64,000 nucleotides of DNA from the human T2T-CHM13v2.0 reference genome, Homo sapiens, in NCBI RefSeq assembly GCF_009914755.1, contig NC_060931.1. One strand, written 5' to 3'. Below are positions 43,171 to 56,219 of the stretch, in pieces (positions within the stretch are counted from its first letter, which is position 1; each line of letters starts with the position of its first letter). The position numbers and the translations under genes were made by a program. Under the pieces are notes generated by a model, which was not told where the DNA came from, made no database searches, and saw only the letters and a program-made list of their open reading frames with translations.

Positions 43171-43964
43171 TCTATTAAAAATAATTTATAAGAGTAACCA
43201 CTATAATACATTCCCTTACCTAAGTGTTGTCACAATTTCCATCGTAGCACATTAACTTATTTCTTTATATTTTTCAACTTTAAAATTTTCATGTGAAGCT
43301 TATTTAAAAAATCAAAATCACTTTCTTAGAATTACACAATGTTTTATATGTAAAGAATCTGGTCAATTTACTAAAATGTCTACAGCTACAGGAAAAAAAA
43401 ATACACAGAAGGAAAAAGACTCAATGGACCTGTTCCTGAATCTCTGAGTACACTAGTTCCTCACACTTTGACGCTATTCTACTCGGGTGCACATAACTAA
43501 AAGTACAAAAAAAAAGTAACATCAGCATTAGTGAATTATTTAGGTTTGGCTCAGAAAAGTTCATTTTAATCCACTTTAAATTACATGGGGAACTTATCTC
43601 AAATAGCCTTCAGATTTAAATAGAGAGCTTACACTTTTTGGGGTTTGCATAGAGCAAACAATCCTTTCCATATATGAGAAAATCAAAGGTAAAGGAAATG
43701 TTTTCATAAAATTTGCAATGCTTAAAAAATACCCAAGAAAGAATTTCAATGCAGCAAAAATAAGGTTCCTGATGTATAAATGATTCATTGTATGAGGGAT
43801 TAATGCATAGCTGCTGTGCCTTTATTGATACATGAATTAAATGAAAGGACATTTCATTAGATCTCCAAGAAGTGATTGGCCGGTTGGGTTCAAATCACAA
43901 AGATGATTATTTCTAACAGCAAAGAATACTATTGGCACATCAGTGCTACAGTTTAACAATAAAG

Positions 43965-44600
43965 GATTTTTTTCAACTTTCTACTTCAGACACATTTTTA
44001 AACACCCTAATATTCACATTTTTGTTGTAGAGGAAACGCTGAAATATATTCCCACAAATCTATCTCCAAGATCCAACAATTATGTACAAGAATTAATCTT
44101 GTTTCATCTTGCCTTTCTTATTCACCTCCTCCCCCAACCCCCACATTCACATACACAGTGGATTATTTTGAAACAAATTCTAGAAAGACAAACCAGTAAT
44201 TATATAAATACTTCAAAATGTTTCTCTTAAAGATAAGGGATCTATTTTTAATATAATGTAAATAACATCATAACAACTAAAAATAATAATTCTATATTGT
44301 TTTAAAATATTTAACCAGTATTTAAATTTTCCCCATTGTTACATTTTTCAAATGGTTACTTATTAGAATCAGGATCCAAATAAAATTCATATATTGCATT
44401 TGGTTGATGTGTTTTTGCAAGGTTGTTTTAATCTACAGACTTCTCCATTCTTCTTTATTTTCCCTTTTAATTTATTCATTAAAGACACTAGACAGTTTTC
44501 TTGTAGAATTCCCTGCCATCTGAATTTTATGGTTGCACATCACCTTGTGTCATCTCATAAGTTGTCTGTCACCTTCATTGCTTACAAAATTGTTGTTAAG
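43965..44600 (-). mobile_element. L1MC5-type 3' end
   Basis: ggattattttgaaacaaattctaga, gaatcaggatccaaataaa, attgcatttggttgatg. Confidence 0.7.
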
Positions 44601-46214
44601 TTGAAATATAAGATGAAATATAAGATGATATACTTTTGGAGAATACAAATCTCAGTTCACAAAATCCAATTTACAAAAAAAAGACTTTGTTCTTTACAAT
44701 TCAGCATTAATTCTGACTTTAGGCTGGCAGAAAAATTAACTTTACCATTTTCCAAAAACAAGGCAAAATGGAGAACTTATAGTCAAAAGTAGCATTTCTT
44801 AGAATAAACAGATGTCATATTTCTTGCATACTTATATTTGCAAATGAGTCACACTAACTCATGAGCAATTTTTTCCTATATCCTTACACAAGCCCCTTTG
44901 CACGTTTTGCATATCTTTATGTATTAATTACCTAGAAGTGGAACTACTGGATTTCAAAGGTTATGAATCCATATATTCATTGACCTTAACTAATTTGCTT
45001 CTGAAAAGTTGCTTTGGTTTACACCTCATTCAAAATTGTCCCCATTTTTGGAAAATGTATTCACTGTTAAATTTTTAATTAGAAAAGAAATTACTAAGGG
45101 CCAATTTCTTTCGCATATGCCATCTCATTTTGTTATTATAATAATTTTATGAGTTAGATCACAAAGTCGATTTGTAACTCCACACAACTTCAAGTTTACA
45201 AAGTGTTAGTTGAACCTTAATCTGTCAACTCTAAACTCATACCCTTGGTACAATCCTAGGCTACTCTCTTAGGGCTAACTGCTAAGAGAGAGTTCTTTGA
45301 GAGTAGAAGAACAGATAGGCTAGTCTTTTAGGAGTTGTTTTAGAATAAGAAGGTGTAAATGTGTAAGTTTATAGACCTCTATAATGTAGAGGACCTGAGA
45401 TGATAGTTATAACCTTAATGACCTTTATCTGACCTTCCAGGTTAGAGATTTAAGTAAAGAATCAAAATCCCACATTATAAAACTCTAAAGACATTTTCAT
45501 CTGGCATATATTCTGATCAACAAAGAAGTGTGTGTATGTGTATCTAAGAGATAGTGCTTAAGATATTTAATGCTTTATTCCCTCAAGGAAGTGATTTTTT
45601 CTGTTATTTTTTGAAATAGGTGTTGTTTGAGGGATTTCAGACTATTTTTCCTTTTTGTCCCTACAAACAAATAAATCATTCTTTCCCAGCAAGTTCAGTC
45701 TTTCATTTGTGACAAATTTAAAAACTGACTGGCTGAAAAATGGGACGGTTTATTTTTCTTTCCCTTTTGTGAATGAGGCATTAAGTCTGAAATTGCCTTC
45801 AATGACAAATTCCTTTCATCCTTAATCCCTCATAGAAATACCTTAGTGAACTATAAGTGACAGAAGGCTTCAAAGAAAGAGGTGGGCTCAGTCTTGTAAA
45901 TAAACCCATCTGAAAAATAGAAGTAATAAAGATAGGCTTACCTTATAGTATTTTATTTTTTAATTGGACTTAAATGGTTGAAAATGTAAAACAAAGTATA
46001 GTTGCATCATCTTCTAATTATTTTGTCATCTGAGTTTAATTTTTTACTCTCTTTCTATTATTTATTTGGGAATATGAAGAAAAAGTAGCCATGACTTTTA
46101 ATTTCTTTAAAATTGTCAGTGTCGTTTACAGAGGAAAGTCCTTTAAATGTTAGTATAATGATCGGCTCTGCCAAAATCTGATTGATTAACATCTTAAGCT
46201 ACTTTCATACACTT

Positions 46215-46330
46215 TTACTTATTGAAAGATGTGTTGTTGACCTATTATGTGCTGAACATTGTGCCAAGCCCTGAGAGATGTTGAGATAACTAAGATGATG
46301 GCCTTAGTCCAAGGACTATACCACCATCTA
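46215..46330 (-). mobile_element. L2 3' fragment
   Basis: gttgacctattatgtgctgaacattgtgccaagccctg. Confidence 0.55.
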
Positions 46331-47480
46331 CAGACTTAAACATGGAAAATTGACTAGGAGTAGAAATAAAATGCATGTGTAGTGAAATTGCTTTGAATGG
46401 CAATCAAAAGTTCGTTTTTTTGCTTTTAACTAGACCTAAAAGAATGAAGAGGCACATGTGCTGAAATTAGAGTAGAAATAAAGGAAAGGCAATATGACCA
46501 AGGAAACACGTCTGTAAGGTAAAACAAGTTTTAAAAGCACTGCAGAAATTGTTCTCTAAGACTTTGTATGGAGAAACTGGAAATTAACATTAATGTTTTA
46601 AGGTCAACTTGAAAACAATTTAAGGAGTAAAATGTAAATTTGAACTTGATCTATGACAAAGGGGTGCAAAGACTGAAGTAATTGAAGGGAATCCTGGACT
46701 TCTTAATCAATATATTGGTTTAAACTGGCTTAAATTTGGATAAAGATTATTTTCAAATATTCAACTTAAAATCTTGAAAACAAATTGAATAAAAGCAACA
46801 TTTTCTTTAATTTTTAAATATTATATTTGGTAAATGGGCACTTATGTTTTCTAAATGGTTTGAGATATAATTCACGTATCATAAAATTCTTCAATTTAAA
46901 ATGTGCAATTCAATAATTTTAAGTATATTCACAAAGTTGGGCAGTTATCACCAGGATCTAATTTAGAACAATTTTTTTTTAATTTAAAAAGAAACCCCCT
47001 ACCTATTAGCAGTCACTTTCCATCCATTCCCATCCTCCAGCTACAAATCTGCTTCCTTTCTCTAAAGATTTGTCCATTCTGGACATTTCATATAAAGAAA
47101 GAGTACAATGTAAAGTTTTTTTGTGATTTTCTTACTTCACTTAGCATAGTGTTTTCAAGGTTCAGCTATGTGGTTTCATCATATAAAAGTACTTCATTCT
47201 TTGTCATTACTTAATAATATTACATTGTTTGAATATACTACATTTTATTTATTCATTTATATATAGATTGATGGACATTTGATGGGTTGTTTCCACTTTT
47301 TGGTTACTAAGACTAATGCTCCTGTGAACATTCATGTGCAGTTTATTATGTGAATGTAATGTGTTAATTTTTCTCCTGGTGGATTTTCTTGATCATGTGG
47401 TAACTCTATGTTTAACCTTTTGGCGGAATTGCCAAGTTATTTTCCAAAGGGGCTATACCTTTTTATATGCCCACCAATGA

Positions 47481-47828
<348 letters not shown>

Positions 47829-48178
47829 AATTTTGTTTTTCTTATACCCGTCCTCATGGGTGGGAAGTAGTATCTCAATGTAATTTTTGTTTTTATTTTC
47901 CTAATGACTAATAATGTTGAGTATCTTTTTATGTGCTTATTAGGCATTCATTTTTCTGATTGACATGAGTCTATTCATATAATTAGCTCATTTTAAACAA
48001 CTTTATTGAAATCCATTCATACACCAAATAATTTACCCATGTAAGTGTGCAGTTCAATGGTTTTTTAGTAAATTACATTATTTTTAGAAAACTGTGTGAA
48101 AATATCTACAACATAAAATTTGCCAATGTAATCACTAAGTGTATAATTAAGTAACATTAATTACATTCATAATGTTGT

Positions 48179-48274
48179 CAATTTGTATGTTGAAATCTTA
48201 ACCCCCTAAGTGATGGTACCAGGATGTGAAGTCTTTGGGAGGTGACTAGAAGCTGAGGGTGGACCTCTACTGAA
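48179..48274 (+). repeat. 96-bp MLT1A fragment duplicated from 49815-49910
   Basis: Ungapped 85/96 identity; flanked by AATGTTGT direct repeats. Confidence 0.9.
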
Positions 48275-49782
48275 TGTTGTGTAACCATCATAGCTATCCA
48301 TTTCCTCAAACTTTTAATAACCCTGAAAAGAAACTGTGTAACCATTAAGCAATAATTCCCTGTTACCCTTCCCCAAACCTTGTAAACTCTTTTGTAGTTT
48401 TTGCCTCTAGAATTTGCCCATTTATGTACCCATTTAAGTGAAATAATAGAATATTTGTTCTTTGTTGTCTAGTGTATTTTACTTACCATATGTTGTCAAG
48501 GTTCATCAAGTTGCAGTACATATCAGAACTTCATTCCTTTTTACGGCTGAATAATACTCCATTATACATAAATGCTATATTTTGCTTACCCATTCATTGT
48601 ATGATACACACTTGTGTTGTTTCCACCTTTGGACTACTGTGTATAATACTGCGGTGAACACTAACATGCAAATATCTATTCAAGTCCCTGCTTTCAAAAT
48701 CTTTGGGCAAATATCTAGGAATAGAATTGTCATATTGAAATATGGTTCTAGGTTTAGCTTTTTGAGGAGCTGCCAAACTATTTTTCTATAGTGACTGTAA
48801 TATTTCGTGTTTCCAGCAGCAGTGTACAAGATTCCAATATCTCAATATCCTTGCCAATACTTATTTTTCATCTTTTTGCCAATAGACATCCTAAAGGGTG
48901 TGAATTCATATCTCATTGTGGCTTTGGTTTGCATTTCCCTAATTAATAATGATACAGAGCATCTTTTATTGTGATTATTGGCCATTTGTATATCTTTTCT
49001 GAAAATATCTACTCAAATCTTTTTTATTTTTAGATTGGGTTGTTTGGTTTTTCTTGGTGGGTTGTAGGAGTTCTTTATATATTCTGGATATTAATCCCTT
49101 ATACATTGAGATTTGTGAGTATTTTCCCTCATTTTTGGTTATATTTTCACCTTTCGATAGTATCCTTTTAAAAAAATATATGAAGTGTAATAAACCTGTT
49201 ATTTTCCTGTATTGCCTGTGCTGATGATGTCATGTCAAAAAAAAGTTGGCAAATCCAATGTAAAGATGTTTCTCTATGTTTTCTTGTGACAGTTTTATAG
49301 TTTTAGCATTTAAGTTCAAATTTTAATAAATTTTTAGTTATACTTTATGTATGGTATAAGGTAAGGGTCCAACTTCATTCTTTTAAATGTAGACATCTAA
49401 AATTTACAGCACCATTGTTGAAAAGACTGTTCTTTCCCCCACTGAGTCATGTATTAATTTGCTAGGACATTGATAACAAAATACAACAAATTATTTTTAA
49501 AACAGTAATTTGTCTTTTCGTAGTCCAAGAGCTAGAAGTCCAAGATCAAGTGTTGGCAAGGCCATGCTCCTTCTGAAGGTGTTAGTGAAGAACTTAATTC
49601 AGACCTTCCTCCTAGCTTCTGTTACTTCCTTGGCTTGTGGAAGCATGACTTCAATCTATACATTGCATTCTCTTTCTATCACTATGTCCAGATCTTCCAC
49701 TTTTATAAGGATACCAGTTACATTAGATTAGGGGTCCACTCTATTCCAGTATGGCCTTAACTCATTACATTTGCATTGGACC

Positions 49783-50269
49783 TGCTATTGTGCAAATGTT
49801 TGTGGTCTTCCTTACAATTTGTTTGTTGAAAGCCTAACCCCCAAAGTGATAGTACCAGGATGTAAAGTCTTTGGGAGGTGATTAAGAGCTGAGGGTGGAC
49901 CCCTATTGAACGAGATTTGTGCCTTTATAAAAGAGGCCTCAGAGAGATCTGTGCCCATTCCACCATGTGAAGATACCAGGAAAAGGCAGCTGTCTGTGAA
50001 CCAGAAAGTTGTTTCTCACCAGACACTGAGTCTGCTGGTGCCTTGATCTTCAACTTCCTGGTCTCTGAACTGTGAGAAATACATTTCTCTTATTTATTAT
50101 TTCTGTTATTTATTTCTGTCATATTTAATAAATTTGTTATTTATAATTTATTATTCTGTGGCTTATAAATAGTATAGTATACTTTATTTATACAAAGATT
50201 AATAGTATAGTATATTACAGATACACAATCTATAGTAATTTGTTAGATTAGCCCAAATGGACTAAAACA
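49783..50269 (+). mobile_element. MLT1A-type solo LTR inside the MLT1B LTR
   Basis: tgctat...ggactaaaaca; gcctttataaaagaggcc, tctgctggtgccttgatctt. Confidence 0.88.
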
Positions 50270-50596
50270 GGCCTTATTTCTAAGTAAGGTCATATTCTGA
50301 GGTACCGGTGTTAGGATTTCCACAGTGAATTTTGGAAGACACAATTCAACCCATAAGAGTCTGCCCTCTACTCCTCCCAAATTCATGTTCTTCTCACATG
50401 CAAAATACATTCATCCCATTCCATCATCCCCCAAATTATTAACTAATTTCACCATCAACTCTAAGTACAAAATCTCATCCAACTGTCTTCTAAATTAGAT
50501 GCGGGTAAGACTCAGGTCATGATTCCTCCTGAAGCAACATTTATCTCTATCTGTGAATCTGTGAAAGCAGGCAACAAGTTAATCTGCTTCCCTGTA

Positions 50597-50713
50597 TACT
50601 AGTATGCAAAAAGGATTGATTCTAGGACTCCCTGTGGATTACTAGGTCTGGAAATACTCAAGTCCCTTAGCTGGATCTGCAATCAGAGTTATAGGAGGAG
50701 GGTTGGCCCACTG
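50597..50713. mobile_element. Short MER2/Tigger-type MITE remnant within the MLT1B internal region
   Basis: ggattgattctaggactccctgtggat...tactcaagtccctta and terminal cactg followed by TA. Confidence 0.55.
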
Positions 50714-53700
50714 TATAATGGTGGGACAGATATAGATAACATAGATATTCTGATTCATATCAAGGGAAATTGTAAGAAGGAAAAGGAATCAGAGGTTCCA
50801 AGATAGTCTGAACACTGTGAGAGAAAACTCTGTTAGGTTTTAAGGCTTGAAAATAACCCTCTTTAACTGCCCTCAGGCTCACCAGGGTGGCAGCCACCCC
50901 CTGCCCTGGGTTGCAGCCCCACTCACTGGAACTGAGGAGGTAGCTCCGCCCTCACTCTCATTCTTCTCTTTTGTGAAGGATAACATGGATCAGCCTGTTT
51001 CTTGCCAATAGAATCCCCAAAATCTAGCAGCCTTCCTTCATTATGTCTCAGTTATCTCCCCTTAGTCCAACCTGACTGTTGAGATGGTTGATTAGATCCT
51101 CAGGTTACAGGTCACATGCCTAATCTCTTTAGCGAATGGTTGTCCAGCCACACCCTTAGTGTTTTCTCCAGAGCACATTCTTTCAATTTTTTTTTAAAAA
51201 GGTGATAGACTGATAATTGCATATTTACATTGCAAAAATCTTCTAAGTTCATATTTCTTTTTGCTTGGGATTTCCTTTTTCAATTTGTCTCTTCCTCTCA
51301 CATAAGTAGCAATGAGAACAAGGCTGTGAATTCCAAACTTTGGTTGTAAATCTCCTCAATTAAATATTAAAGTTCTTCACTTACATGTTTTACTTTCCAC
51401 AAAATAGTAAAACGCATATCAACCTACTTCTCTGTCACTTTCTATTAGGATCACGTGTCCTCCAGAGTCTAATAAAGTTTACCTTGTTTCTGTCTGAGAC
51501 CTTACCAGAAGTACCTTTAACACTCATATTTTAGCAGCACTCTGTTTATGATAATGTATGTATTCCCTAAGACCATAAGAACTTTCCCTCCAGCTTTTTT
51601 TTCTTTCTGAGCCCTTAACTAACTTGCCTGTCACATCAGTATTTCTACCAACCACCTCTTTATGACAATGTAGGCTTTTTCTATCATGCATCTCAAAACT
51701 CCCAGCCTCTATTGATTACCCAATTTCAAAGCCACTTCAACTTTTCTAGATATTTATTAGAGTCGTACCCCAATTTCTGCCACTAAAATCTGTATTAGTT
51801 TTCTAGGGTTACCATAATAAAGTAACACTAACTGAATGGCTTACTACACAGAAATGTGTTGTCTCACATCCTGGAGACCAGAGGCCCAAGATCAAGGTGT
51901 CGGCAGGGCACTTCCCTGTGAAAGTACTAGCAAGCATCTGTTCAACAATTCTGCCTTACCTTCTGGAATTCCTTGGCTTTGGGCAGCATAACTTCAATCT
52001 TTACAGGGCATTCTCCCTGTACCTCTGTGTTCCAAATTTTCCCTTCTAATGAAGACGTTAGTCATATTGGATTAGAGGCCCACCCTACCCCAGTATGATC
52101 TCATCTTAACTAATTACATCTGCAATCACCCTATTTCTAAACATGGTCACGTTCTGAGGTACTGTGGATTAGTACATGCACATATAAACTTGGGGAAAGA
52201 CAAAATTCAACCCATAACAAATTATCTTGGCAACTTGGTGAAAAATCACTGGACTATATATTTGAGGGTTTCTTTCTGGGTTTTTTAAATTCAAGCTTTT
52301 GATCTATATGCCTATTTTTATGCCAGGACCACACGGTTTCAATTGCAGTTGCTTTGAAGTAAGTTTTGAAATCAGCAAGAGTGTGTTTTTAAATCTTTTT
52401 CTTTTGTTTCAAGATAGCATTGGTTTGGGGGAATTCCTTTATATTCCACATAAATTTTAGGATGGGTGTTCCTGCTTTGCAAAAAAACTTCATGTTCTGA
52501 TAGATATTAAATTTAATTTGTAGAGCATTTTGGGGAGTATTGTCATCACAAAAATATTAAGCATTCTAAAGCACAAAATGGGATGTTTTCTCATTTATTT
52601 ACATCTTTAATTTCATTCTAGAATATTTTATAGAAGTCTCATCTACCTGGTTATATTTTACATGTCTCACCTCCCTGGTTAAATTTATTTCTAATTACTG
52701 TATTTTTTAGATTAGATGCTCTTATAAATTGAATTTTTCATTTAAATATTTTTGCAGATTGTTTCTTTTGAGTGCATAAGAATATGATTATTTGTGTCTC
52801 GATTTTACAATCAGAACTTTGATGAATTTATTAACTCTAACAATTGTTTTGTGGATGCTTTGGGTTTTCTACCTATAAGATCATAATGTCTGCAAACAGA
52901 GACAATTTTACTTGCTGGGCTTTTCATATATGGCCTTTATCATATTGATGAAGTTTCCTTTCATTTCTAGTTTGTTGAAGGCTTTATCATGAAAGAGCGT
53001 TGAACGTTGTCAAATGTTTTTCCTGCATCGAGATGATCATGTCATTTTTGTTCCTTGATTCTATTAATGTTATATTTCATTCATTTTTGTATGTAGATGC
53101 ATCCTTTGCATTCCAGGAAAACAATCCCACATAATCGTGATGAATTATTCCTGTAATGTGTTCTAAATTCAATTTGCTAATATTTTTAGCAAATTTTAGC
53201 AATATTCATAGGGGATATTGATCTAAATTTATTATTTTTTTCTTCTAACATCTCTGTCTGGTTTGCTACTAGAGTAATGTTGACATAATAGAATAAAAAG
53301 AGAAGTGTTCCTTTCTCTTCAATACTTTTGGAAGACTTGAGACTAAACGGTGTTAATTTTTCTTTACATGGCAGAATTCACCAGTGATGCCATTTACCCT
53401 GGGTTTTTCCTTCACTGGGCAGGCAGTTTTTTATTATTGATTCAATCTCTTCACTGATTGTATATCTATCCAGATTTTCTATTTCTTCTTTAGTTAGTTT
53501 ATGTAGATTGTATATTTCAAAAAATTTGCCCATTTCACATAGGTTATCCAGTGTTTAGTGTATATTATTCATAATATTCTCTTAGACTTCCTTTCACTTC
53601 TATAAAACTATTAGTAATTTTCCTACTTTTAGTTCTCATTTGCTAATTTGAGTTTTCTTTTTTTTTCTTAGTTTAATATAAAGTTTTTCAAGTTTGCTTT

Positions 53701-54460
53701 TCTTTGGTAAAGGACCAAATTATTTTTGCTTATTTTCTTTATTGCTATTTTCCCTCTCTTTTATTTATCTCTTCCCTAACCATTATTATATCTTTTCTTC
53801 TTCCTTCTGCTAGATTTGGGTTGGGTCTGCTTTCACTAGTTCTTAAGGTTATAGTTAGGTTACTGATCTGAGATTTTTAAAAGTCTGATTGTGGTACACT
53901 ATTTTGATTTCCTTCTTTTTCCCTCTCTTGTATATTTTTCCAGGCTTATGAGGAATAATTGACTAATAAAAACTGTATATATCTAAGGTATACAAATTGA
54001 CATTCTGATATGCATATGCATTATGGAACAATCACAACAATGATGCTAATAAACATATTCTTCACCTCACATAGTTATCATTTTAATTTTCTTTTCTTTT
54101 TTTCATGATGAGGACACTGAAGATCTACTGTTCTAGCAAATTTTAAGTATACAATGCAATATTGGTAACTATAGTTACATTGCTGTACCTTAGCACTCCA
54201 GAAGTTTTTCATCTGACATAACTAAAACTTTGTAACCCTTAGTCAACATCTTCTAATTTTCCCCTCTCCCCAGTGCCTAGAAATGATCATTTCACTGTCT
54301 GTTTCCGTGAATTTGACCATTTTAGTTTCCACATGTAAGTGAGATCCTGCAGTACTTATCTTCCTGTATCTGGCTTATTTAACTTAGCATAATGTTCTCC
54401 AGGTTCATCCATGTTGTCACAAATGGCAGGATTTCCTTCTGTTTAAAGGCTGAATAGAAT

Positions 54461-54462
<2 letters not shown>

Positions 54463-54492
<30 letters not shown>
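54463..54492. repeat. (GT)15 microsatellite
   Basis: Counted directly. Confidence 0.95.
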
Positions 54493-54494
<2 letters not shown>

Positions 54495-54969
54495 TTGCAT
54501 GACACTTTTTGTGTCTATTTATCCATTGATAGATAATTAGCTTGTTTCTATATCTTTGCTATTGTGAAAAGTGCTATTGTGAAAAGATACCTAGGAGTCC
54601 AGGTATCTTCTCAAGACAGTGATTCCCTTTTGGATATATACTTAGAAGTGAAATTTCTGGATCACATGCTAGTTTTATTTTATATTTGTTTAAGGAATCT
54701 CTGTACTATTTTCCATAATGGCTATACCAATTTACTTTCCCACCAACAATGTATAAGAATTCCCTTCTCTCTTCATATTCACATCTTTTGTCATTCTGCT
54801 GTTGAAATTTGGTGATATTTCTGGAAATGTTTCTTATACAGAGATGGATAGCAATGATAATCTAATTGTGCACAGAAGTGACTGTATATAAATATATTTT
54901 TAAGTCCAAATTAAATGGATCTCAATTCAGCTTCCCTTAGCTGTATCTCTGAAATGAATTCTGAATCAT

Positions 54970-55070
54970 TGGTTGTGGTTACAAAAGAACAACACAAAGA
55001 TTCTGTGTTGTTGGAACACAGTATCTTTACTGTGGTGGTGGCCATAAGTGAAAATAATATATACAGCCAA

Positions 55071-55113
<43 letters not shown>

Positions 55114-55208
55114 GTACAAGTAAAACTGGGGAAATCTGAATAAAATCAGTGCATTGTATCAGTGTCAATATCCTGGTTGTGAAATTGTACTGCAGTTTTT
55201 CAAAATGG
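54970..55208 (+). mobile_element. L1MD-type 3'-UTR fragment, no tail
   Basis: agtacaagtaaaactggggaaatctgaataaaatcagtgcattgtatcagtgtcaatatcctggttgtga. Confidence 0.8.
55075..55110. repeat. (GA)18 microsatellite
   Basis: Counted directly. Confidence 0.95.
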
Positions 55209-56219
55209 TTCCCTTTTCTCCACAACCTCAACATTTATCTTTTGTCTTTTTGATAATATCCATTCAAACATCTCATTGTGGTTTTGATTAGCATTTCCCT
55301 CATGACTAGTGATGTTGAGCAGATTTTCATATACCTTTTGTCTACTTGTATGTTTTCTTCTGAGAAATTTCTTCACAAGTCCTTTGCCCACTTTTTAATC
55401 AGATAATTTGTTATTTGCTATTGAGTTATTGGAGTTCCTAATAAATATTTTGGATATTAACCCCTTATCAGATCCATGGTTTACAGATATTTTGTCATTA
55501 CCGTTTCACACTATTGCTTGCCTCAGTTGCTGTGCAGAAGCTTTTCGGTTTGATGCAATCCCACCTGTCTATTTTGCTTTTGTTGTTTATGCTTTTGGTG
55601 CTGTATCCATGAAATCATTGCCAAGCCCAATGTTAAGTAGTTTTTTCCTTATTTTGTCTTCTAGGAGCATTATGGTTTCAGGTCTTATATTTAAATCTTT
55701 ATTCTATTTCGACTTGACTTTTGTATACAATCAGATATAATGGTTCAATTTCATTCTTCGACATGTGGATATTCAGTTTCCCCAATACAGTTTATTGAAG
55801 AGGCTGTCCTTGCCCCATTGGTGTCCTTGTCAAAGATCAATTGATCATAAATGTGTAGATTATTTTCTGGCCTCTCTATTTTGTTCCATTGGTCTGTATG
55901 TCTATTTTATGACATTACCATACTCTTTTAATGACTAAATTTTGAAATTAATAGATGATCCTCTAGCTTTGTTTTTCTTTCTCATAATTTCTCTGACTAT
56001 TCCGTATCTTTTGTGGTCCCATATGAATATTCAATTTGTTTCTTATATTTCTGTTAAAATGCCACTGGTGTTTTGAAAAGGATTGCATTCAATCTATAGA
56101 TCACTTTGGGTTATATGAACATTTTAACAATATTAATTATTCCAGCCTATAAACACAATATGTCTTTGAGTGGCATGGATTCCAGGCTATTTGTTAGCTG
56201 AGGCCTTAAATGTGCTACT

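Larger units (their letters stand above)
49450..52219 (-). mobile_element. Complete MLT1B MaLR (LTR 49450-50358, internal 50359-51790, LTR 51791-52219)
   Basis: Two homologous LTRs tgtatta...aattcaacccataa(g/c)a around MLT1-internal sequence; host L1 resumes; degenerate TSD agtca/aatta. Confidence 0.88.
53932..56166 (-). mobile_element. L1MA7/8-like 3' UTR and ORF2 end
   Basis: ataattgactaataaaaactgtatatatctaagg, cacctcacatagttatc, ggatattaaccccttatcagat. Confidence 0.82.
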
